The notes beneath the pieces are model-generated. The model saw only the letters and a program-made list of their open reading frames with translations, was not told where the DNA came from and did no database searches. A program made the position numbers and the translations under genes. Below are positions 47,364-56,900 of a stretch of DNA of 59,635 nucleotides, piece by piece. The number at the start of each line of letters is the position of its first letter. Positions within the stretch are counted from its first letter, which is position 1. The stretch is from the IMG/VR virus record IMGVR_UViG_3300031851_003771; one strand, 5' to 3'. The stretch comes from an uncultured virus (IMG/VR IMGVR_UViG_3300031851_003771) (Duplodnaviria; Heunggongvirae; Uroviricota; Caudoviricetes).

Positions 47364-50300
47364 TGAGCCAGATACAAAGACAAGATAATTTATTCTCAGC
47401 AGAAGATTGGAAAACAATTTACAGAAGTTTCGGTCAAGCAAACTTCACAGCATATGATTATGATACTATTAGAAGTAGTATGATATCTTATATACAAACA
47501 AACTACCCAGAAGATTTTAATGATTACATCCAATCTAGTGAATTCGTAGCAATCATAGATTTGTTAGCTTACCTAGGTCAGAGTTTAGCTTTCAGAACTG
47601 ACTTGAACTCAAGAGAAAACTTTTTTGACACAGCTGAAAGAAGAGAATCAATTTTAAGATTAGCAAAGTTGATCAATTACAAACCAAAAAGAAATGTACC
47701 TGCAAGAGGACTTCTAAAAATTACTAAGATTAGAACAACCGAACCTTTAACTGATGCAGAAGGAACAAATCTTTCTGGAACAAATATAAATTGGAATGAT
47801 CCTAACAACCCAGAGTGGTATGATCAGTGGTTAACAATTATGAACAGTTCATTTCAAAGCACAAACCAATTTGGTAATCCTGCCAAGAGTGGAACAGTTT
47901 CATCAGTGCCGGCAGATATCTACAACATCAATTCATCTAATGATCAACCAGTAGTTAAAAACTTTGATGAGACAATAGATGGAATAACAACGTCAATTGA
48001 TGTTGTTAAAGCTGACATCAATATTGGTGGATACTTCGAAGAAAGATCTCCAGATCAAACAGATGCTTATAACATAATTTACAGAAATGACAACCTAGGT
48101 TTTGGAAGTGTCAACACTGGAATGTTTATGTACTTCAAAGAAGGTGAACTGAAATATGAAGATTATTCTTTCACACAACCTATACCAAATAGAACAATCG
48201 ATGTAGAACAAGATAACATAAACGACATAGACGTGTTTGTACAAAAAGTTGGAACAACTGGCATACCTCTAGAGAAATGGTCTTCGGTACCGAGTTTGTT
48301 TGGACAAAACACAATTTATAACAGTTTAGCATTAAACAATAGAACAGTATATAATGTACTGTCAAAAAATAATGACCAGATTCAACTTGTGTTCAGTGAT
48401 GGTAATTTTGGTGACGCACCAACAGGACAGTTTAGGGTTTACTTTAGACAAAGTGCAGGTAACGGACAAGTTATTAGAGCTAATAGAATTACAAACAAAG
48501 AAATTAATTTAAGATATAATAATAGCCAAGGACAAGAATACACATTAACGTTGGGATTATCTTTAAACTATACTGTATCAAATTCTCAAGCAACAGAATC
48601 AGATGCTGAAATTAAAACTAATGCTCCACAAAGTTTCTATACACAAGATAGAATGGTCAATGGTGAAGATTATAATATTTTTCCTTTAACACAAACGAGT
48701 ACAATACAAAAAATTAAATCTCTTAACAAGACACATATAGGACACAGTAGATATATGGATATCAATGATCCAACTGGTACAGTAAAAAGTGTCAATGTTC
48801 TAGGAGAAGATGGAATATTTTATAAAGATCCAGATTTCGCACTAGACACTGAAGAAATTACTGGCACAGTTGTGGATTCATCAAGCTATACGTATATCAT
48901 TGACAACATATTAACACCGTTACTTAAGAAAATAGAATTAAGAAATTACTATTACGATCCTTATAAAACAGCAGTTGAAACAATCAAAGGTGCTACCACT
49001 TTTGAAATGGAAAATGCCTCAGTCAATCAAGTTAGTTGGCAGACTTATCCTGAAGTTGGCGAAGGCGCAGGTGGATACTTGTATCTAACAACACCTGGAT
49101 TCTCGAATGCAGTAACGGTGTTTAACAATCCAGCCAGTGGTAATGAAAAATTAGGTTTCATCAGACCAGGATCAAAGATAGAATTCGTAGACAGTTACAC
49201 CAATCCTAGATTTATAAAATGGGCGACTGTAAAAAGTATTCGTAATGATGGTACAATGGTAGACACTGCCAATCAAACAGATACAACAGGATCGATACAG
49301 TTAGATATTGAAGTACCGAAATCTTATAAGATAAGAAAAGTTTTGCCTAGTTTTAGAAACACTTTATTAGCAACAGAAAAAACAGCAATACAGACACTTA
49401 TGGAAAATGGTGAAGACTTCGGTATCGGATACAACTATAGAAGATCTTCGACAGGTAAAGAAGAGTGGTATACAATTTCCGAATCTGACATCAACACAAC
49501 AAATGATTTTTCCATACAGTACCAAGCAGGGTTCGGTGGAGGTTCAGGTCCAGATTCATCTTGGTTGATCAAAGCAAATTATATTTCTGCATCATCAACT
49601 GGAACAGTACCAAAGTATCAATTCACAGTCAGGGGTATGAACTATGTTTTTGAAAGTGACAAAGAAGTAAGATTTTTTTATGTCGATGATTACAAAAATA
49701 TTAATACACAAACAGGCAAAGCTGTACAGGACACTATTACGCTACTCGATATTAACAAAGACAAGTTGGTGCTAACAGATGCTGGAAGCAGAGAAAAATT
49801 AAACTCACCTATTGATTTATCAGTTTCAGGAAGTTACACAGAACAAGATGGTTATGTTGATCCTAAAAAAATTAAAGTTACAAATCACGACAGTGACGGA
49901 GATGGTTCACCAGACAATCCATTGGCACACGACGAAGTGCTAGATAACACAAGATATGTATTTTTCGCAAGTTACCAAGACTATGACGGATACACATATT
50001 ACAAGGTCAATGATGATGTAAAACAAACAACAACGGCCGCACTTGCATCTCAGGTGGCAGGTACTTGGTACATCACTAATGATGGCAGTTCTTCATACAA
50101 TAACTATTTCTGGAAAAGCATAGGTGATGGAATAGTAGGTAACTTAACACAATTACCTAACGTTTCAAATGGAAATACATATACAAAGAATATGGGGGTC
50201 GATGGTAATACTACATATAAAGCACATATAGGTAGAAAATATACAGCGACAGACAAATTGTATTTTAAATACAAGCACTCTGCACCAAGAAATCAAAGAA

Positions 50301-50896
50301 TTGATCCAAGTGTGTCAAACATAATTGAGTTAATTATTTTACAAACTGTGTATTATACGAACATCAGAAATTGGTTCACTAGCGGTGGTACAACAGCCAC
50401 GTTACCGTTGTCACCGACAGCAGAAGAAATTAGAAACAGTTTACCAGAATTAGAAAAATATAAGACCATAGGGGATCAAATAGTTTATAACAGTGCTAAA
50501 TTTAAATTGTTGTTTGGTACAACAGCTGAACAACAGCATCAGGCAGTGTTCAGAGTAGTAAAAATAGCAGGTTCAACATATACAGACAACCAAATTAAGA
50601 CTGAAATAGTTGATGCAATTAACACATATTTCAATATCACAAATTGGGATTTTGGAGATACATTTTATTATAGTGAACTTGCCGCATATATTCATAACCA
50701 ATTATCATCACAGATATCAAGTGTAGTAATTGTACCAAAAGACGCAGAAGCAAAATTTGGTGACTTATTTCAAATTAAAGCTGGAAGCAATGAATTGTTT
50801 TTTAGTACTGCATCAGTAAATGATGTTGAGATTGTTTCGGGCTTAACAGGAGCAAACTTAAGATCAATTAGTAATAGTAGCACCGGAGGATACTAA
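47363..50896 (+). CDS. Baseplate wedge protein (gp6-like, extended)
   Basis: YDYDTIR..M, DFND...SS, ENFFDTAERRESILRLAKLINYKPKR, FSDGNFG, ES..EIKTNAP..FYTQDRMVNGEDY. Confidence 0.9.
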   Translation: MSQIQRQDNLFSAEDWKTIYRSFGQANFTAYDYDTIRSSMISYIQTNYPEDFNDYIQSSEFVAIIDLLAYLGQSLAFRTDLNSRENFFDTAERRESILRLAKLINYKPKRNVPARGLLKITKIRTTEPLTDAEGTNLSGTNINWNDPNNPEWYDQWLTIMNSSFQSTNQFGNPAKSGTVSSVPADIYNINSSNDQPVVKNFDETIDGITTSIDVVKADINIGGYFEERSPDQTDAYNIIYRNDNLGFGSVNTGMFMYFKEGELKYEDYSFTQPIPNRTIDVEQDNINDIDVFVQKVGTTGIPLEKWSSVPSLFGQNTIYNSLALNNRTVYNVLSKNNDQIQLVFSDGNFGDAPTGQFRVYFRQSAGNGQVIRANRITNKEINLRYNNSQGQEYTLTLGLSLNYTVSNSQATESDAEIKTNAPQSFYTQDRMVNGEDYNIFPLTQTSTIQKIKSLNKTHIGHSRYMDINDPTGTVKSVNVLGEDGIFYKDPDFALDTEEITGTVVDSSSYTYIIDNILTPLLKKIELRNYYYDPYKTAVETIKGATTFEMENASVNQVSWQTYPEVGEGAGGYLYLTTPGFSNAVTVFNNPASGNEKLGFIRPGSKIEFVDSYTNPRFIKWATVKSIRNDGTMVDTANQTDTTGSIQLDIEVPKSYKIRKVLPSFRNTLLATEKTAIQTLMENGEDFGIGYNYRRSSTGKEEWYTISESDINTTNDFSIQYQAGFGGGSGPDSSWLIKANYISASSTGTVPKYQFTVRGMNYVFESDKEVRFFYVDDYKNINTQTGKAVQDTITLLDINKDKLVLTDAGSREKLNSPIDLSVSGSYTEQDGYVDPKKIKVTNHDSDGDGSPDNPLAHDEVLDNTRYVFFASYQDYDGYTYYKVNDDVKQTTTAALASQVAGTWYITNDGSSSYNNYFWKSIGDGIVGNLTQLPNVSNGNTYTKNMGVDGNTTYKAHIGRKYTATDKLYFKYKHSAPRNQRIDPSVSNIIELIILQTVYYTNIRNWFTSGGTTATLPLSPTAEEIRNSLPELEKYKTIGDQIVYNSAKFKLLFGTTAEQQHQAVFRVVKIAGSTYTDNQIKTEIVDAINTYFNITNWDFGDTFYYSELAAYIHNQLSSQISSVVIVPKDAEAKFGDLFQIKAGSNELFFSTASVNDVEIVSGLTGANLRSISNSSTGGY

Positions 50897-50900
50897 TTAA

Positions 50901-53900
50901 ATGGCCGAGTATAGTAATATTAGTGTTTCAAACACAGCAATAACTACAGAAAATACTGTTAGTACTACTGACACTTTCAAAGCTATTGATTTTTTACCAG
51001 AACTGTTTCAAACACCTAAACTTAAGAACTTTTTCGATGGCACTGTTGAGCAGGTGTTTAGTAAACCTAGTTCAGAAAAAACTACAGAATTTATTGGTAG
51101 AAAGTTTGGATCATATTACAGACCGTTGAAAGACAACTACAAAGTTGAAATCAACAAGAATAGAAATGACTATCAGCTAGAAACATCGATAGTTGTTAAA
51201 AATAGCGACAGCTTATTAACCGAAGATGCTGTATTCTACAATGAACTTTTAGATTTTGTTAGCACTGAAAATGGTAAAACAAATAATCAGTCTAGATTGT
51301 TTTCGCAAAACTATTATTCATATGGTCCACCGATTGATCACGATAAGTTTTTAAATTATGAAAATTATTATTGGTACTCACCTTTAGATGCAAACTATAG
51401 TGCAATAACTGTAGAAGGTACTGAACAACAAATAATAGCCACTAGTGGTGGACAGAATACTTTTACAACAACATATCCAGTAGATTCAACTATAGATAAA
51501 GTATATTTCAAAGGTACAATCACAACTGATTACACTGTTGTAGGTAAGACACTAACATTAACTTCGTTAACGGCACAGGTCGGAGATGTGTTAAAAGTTA
51601 CGCATTATGTTGATCCAGATAAAATTATTGGTAAAAAGAATTTCACTACACCCAATAACATAAAATTAAGTTCTGGTATGTTGATCACAATAGATCCTAC
51701 TTACTTTACTACTACAGGAACATATACAGCAGATACTAGGTACTACATCGAAGGAGTCGGAACAACATTTGGTATTGAACTAATTGCAATCGATGAAGAA
51801 GCAGAATTATTTTTAAGTGAAGCTAATTTACAATGGGACAGAGCAGATACAATTGGTTCAACAGATACGTCAACAGGATGGGATGCAGAGAGATGGGACA
51901 CTATACCTGATACTGCTTCACCTGATTACATCACAATCAAAAGAGGTAGTAAAGACAAAAACCCTTGGTCAAGAACAAACGGTTGGGTTCATAAAGATAA
52001 CGTTCCAATATACAGAAAAGTTGAAGCATATACTGATACGTTTAAACCTTGGGATGGTATCGAGGCGTGGGACGTTGATAACAAAGTATGGGATGCTGTA
52101 ACGGTAACTTCATATGTCGACGAGGCATTTATTCTTGATAATTCAAGGAAAGGTACTAGACCAATTGTTGAATTTGAAAAGGATATACAACTTTACAATT
52201 ATGGAAAAACACACATAGATACAGTAGATCTATTGTCCACAGAAGATAACAAAGCACAGGTAGAAGCAGGTATATCATATACAATAGATGACATAGCGGT
52301 AACAGACGGAATGAAAATACTGTTTGTTAATCCAGCTTTTAATACTGCACTAACACCTTGGGATGGCATCAATGATCCTTGGGATCACGATACAGACAGT
52401 GACGCATCAACAGGTGGAGGTGGACTTACAGGAGGTGATGTTGGTTGGGACGTTGCAGGTAGTGACTTTGATGTTGCTAGTTCATTGTGGCAGGCCACAG
52501 TCGATGGTGTATCAAACATATCATTAACTAAAGTGAATGTCACAATAGTAAATGACAGTAAAATTACAGTAAGACTTGGTAGTGTAAACGGCGGTAAGGA
52601 ATATCACTGGTCAGGTTATAACTGGGTACAGTCGCAATCAAAAGCAAGTATAAATTTTGCACCACTTTACAGTTTATATGATCATAACGGATTGTCTTTA
52701 TCAGATGCTATCAACTATCCATCGAGTACATTCGCAGGAACGCCATTGTTTGGCTATGTGACTGGCACAGGATCCAACGATAGTGTGTTGGGATTTCCAT
52801 TGAGCTATGATAGATATACAGGACTAGGTGAAATTAAATTCAAAAACTGTCACAACGATTATAACAATGATTATGGATTTACCTTTTACAAGAAGTATAA
52901 CAATCCAACAATACTAAAACAGAATTTTGATAAAAAAGTTATTGTTCAGCCAGGTGTCAAATCAGGTAATGACTTTTATATCGACGGAATCAGAAAAGAA
53001 AACTTAATACTATTACGTAACCATAGATATATCTTTAACTTATCTGATCCAAGTACATCAACAACGGGTTACACCGGCGGGTATCATCCACTAGGATTAA
53101 GCACAACTAAAGACGGAACACACGGCGGCGGCGCTCTATACACAACGAATGTAAAATATTTCTTAGATGATATTGAAGTGACAAGCACAGTATTCAATGC
53201 AACAGCTACCTTCAATGAAGCAACTGATAGAAGAATTGAATTCGAACCAGATTCCAGCACACCGGATACTTTATATTACTATTGTCCTAATCACTCTGGA
53301 ATGGGAGCTTCAGCATTTGTAGAAAATAATAATGTGACATCTTTAGATGATGCTTCAACAATCGATTACTTAAATCAATGGGCAGTTGTAAAAGACAAGT
53401 CATCACAACAATTAAGACAAGAGTTCCAAGTAACAGAAAGTTCAACTGCAAACACATTCGTATTAGAATCGATAATTGCAGACGATTCGACTGTTAGGGT
53501 TTATGTTGACAGTCTCGAAAAACAAGCAGGCACATATTACACGATAGTTGGTAATAAGAAAATTGTCACAACATCAAATGTAGCTGTCGGCAGTCACGTG
53601 ATTGTTAGCTGGAATACATTTGAAGAAAAGAATTTAAAAGAAGCTTATTATGTTGCACCGAAAAATTTAACACACAATCCAGAAAACAACGATATTGCAA
53701 CACACTCTTACAGTGACTTACTTGATCATTTTGGAGAAAACATTGCCAATCAAGATAATATATCAGGATTAGCCCTAGGATCAAATACATACAGAGATAC
53801 TCACAAAAGTTTATCGGCAGGTGATACTATATTACAACACACTGCACCAGCACTAAAATTTGCTACTCACGTCAACAGTGACAACAGAAATCTTATCAAA

Positions 53901-56900
53901 GCTGTCAGAACAGCACAAGATGACTATACCAGATTCAAAAATAAATTTATTAGCAAGACAGCTGAAGTAGTAACAACTAACGACACTTCAACCTGGAAAG
54001 ATTCAACTTTAGTTGACTATGTATTAAGAGAAATCAATAAGAATAAAAAAGTTTCTGAAAAATGGTCATATAGTTTAATGCTATCATATGGGGATACAAA
54101 GCAAACCACAAGCACAACTGTTACTAGCACTAATAAAACTTGGTCTAATTCTACAAGTAGTTACGAAGTACAAAGTTATAGTGCAATAATGGATACCAGT
54201 GGTAAACCTGGACTAGAAATAGCATACGCATACAATCCTAGAGATGACAAAGATACTAAATCTTTATACGTTTATAATAATGATGTGTTGTTAACAATGA
54301 ACAACGATTATGTTATTGATAACGTATCTGCAACAAGGATCGTTTTTATTGGTCCTAACAAACCAGTGGTGAATGATGTTGTTAAAGTAGAATATTATTC
54401 TAACAAACAACCAGCCTGGATACCAGCTACACCATCAAAACTTGGTATGGATAAAGTTTATCTTCCTCAGCAAATAACTGACAGTCAATCATATTCATCT
54501 GGATCAAAAACATTTACGCAAGGTCACGATGGATCTTTAATTCCATTATACAATGATGATAGAGATAGAGCATTACTTGAATTAGAAAAAAGAATTTACA
54601 ACGACATAGAAAATAGATTTATGGATCCAGACTATGTACCACCTATCTCATATAACACTTTAGTAAGTAACTACTTTAACAGCAAGTTATATTCTTACAA
54701 AGAGTACAACGACATAGTTAAACCACATATCTACAGATGGTCAGTTTTTAATCAAGCTGATTTAACAACAAACGCAAATTACAGCAGTGCAGACTGGAAA
54801 ACTTGGAACTGGTCTGACTGTGTTGATTTATCAGGAACAATGGCTCCTGGCCATTGGAGAGGAATATTCAAGAAATTTTACGGCACCGATAGACCTCATA
54901 CACATCCTTGGGAGATGTTAGGATTCAGTATTAAACCTACTTGGTGGGATAACAACTACAACTGGTCTACAGCAGGTAAACGTGCATTATTAATTAATGA
55001 CATCGAAAAAGGTATCATTAGAGATGGTGACAGAGCCAACTTGTTAAATCTAAAATATACGGGTAAAAATAATTACAGACATAACAATTTTAGCAGTTAT
55101 GTTCCAGTTGATACAAGTGGTAACTTAATTGATCCATTCACAATTGGTTTAACAATTCTACAACCAGATAGTGTACAAGCACAGAAGCCTTGGAAAGCTG
55201 GAGATTTAGCACCAACTGAACGAGCATTTTTTATGAACAGTTCTTCTGGTTTTGCTAATACATCAGTTACGTCATTGATGAAACCTGCAGAGTATTATTC
55301 ATTAATGTTTGATACATTGAATCTTAAAAACATACCAATTAATAATAGTATGGTATATGATGGCAGTACAAAACTAAGACATACAAATAATGTGTATGTT
55401 CATAGAGAAGTAGAAAATGATAGAATTGTAAGCAGTCAAGGATATAACCAATATATCAGTGAGAGACTAATTGAACAAAATAAAAATGTTAAAGACAAGT
55501 ATGGTGGAATATTAAGAAATGTTAAACCACAAATAGCACATAAACAAGGTGCATTTATTGATTTTAGTTCTTATAAAGTTCAAGCTGAATCATATTCCCC
55601 TGCAACTAAAACAACAAGTATTTTTATTCCTCAGAATAATATTACACATAGAACTCACGTAAGTCCAGCAATCAAGAATTACTCATATTCAGCTGTTCTT
55701 GTTGAAAAAACATTATCTGGATTTACAGTAAAAGGTTATGATATCAATAATAACTATTTCACAACAGCAGTGAGCCAAAAAACTGGGCCTGGCATTGAAG
55801 TGAGGGTTGGCGGTAATAATATTAATGTTCCAGCATATACTCCTAACCAGACATTGGCTATAGGTGAGTATGTCAAGTATGAAGGAATATATTACAAAGT
55901 TAGAGTAGCTCACACAACAACAAGCAGTTTTGAAGCTAGTAATTTTCAATCAGTTAATCAAGTACCAGTAGAAAATGGTGCGGCAGTCACTTATTATACA
56001 ACAGTTAAAAACAATGAAACTGCACAAATTGATTATGGAACAGAATTCAAAAGTATAGATGACGTATTTGATTTCCTTGTCAACTACGGAAGACACTTGG
56101 AATCAGAGGGTTGGATCTTTGACAGTTACAATAGTGATACTAACACAAATAGTGACTGGTTATACGCTGGTAAAGAATTTTTATTCTGGAGTCTAGGTGG
56201 TTGGGGAACAGGAAGTATTATAGCATTATCCCCGAGTGCAAACAAGATAACATTTAAACCGGTACAAGGAGTTGTAGCAAATGTTGAAGATATCGTTGGT
56301 AGTACATATTCTGTTTTAGATAGTAACGGTCTACCAATAGAGAATGCAACAACAACAGTGGTGAGAGATGGTAACAAATTAACATTGACTGATGATAACA
56401 ATAGACCAATATACTTTACTACATTGTACACTAGAGAAATTGAACATATATCTATATTCGATAACATAACACTATTTGACGATGTGATATATAATCCAAC
56501 GTTGTCTATCAGACAACCAAGATTAAAACAGACTGTATTAAAGACAACTGATTGGACAGGAAAATTAGAAGCAAAAGGTTACTTGATTACAGACACCGAC
56601 GGACTGGTTTCTAACTTTGAAACCAGTACACGAGATGTTAATAGATATCTTGATGTTGATACTCCGATAGCAAATGATAATTTAAAGAAAGCTGGATTGA
56701 GAACAATCGGTTTTAGTAACAGAAGCTATCTAGAAAATTTACAAATCATCGATGAGAATCAAGCTAAATTCTATCAAGGATATGTTAAGCAAAAAGGCAC
56801 ACAAAATGCCATCGACAGGTTGGCAAGAACTGAAGTAATCAGTGAAAGAGACAGTTTAAACGTATATGAATATTATGCTTTCAAGGTTGGCGAATTTGGA

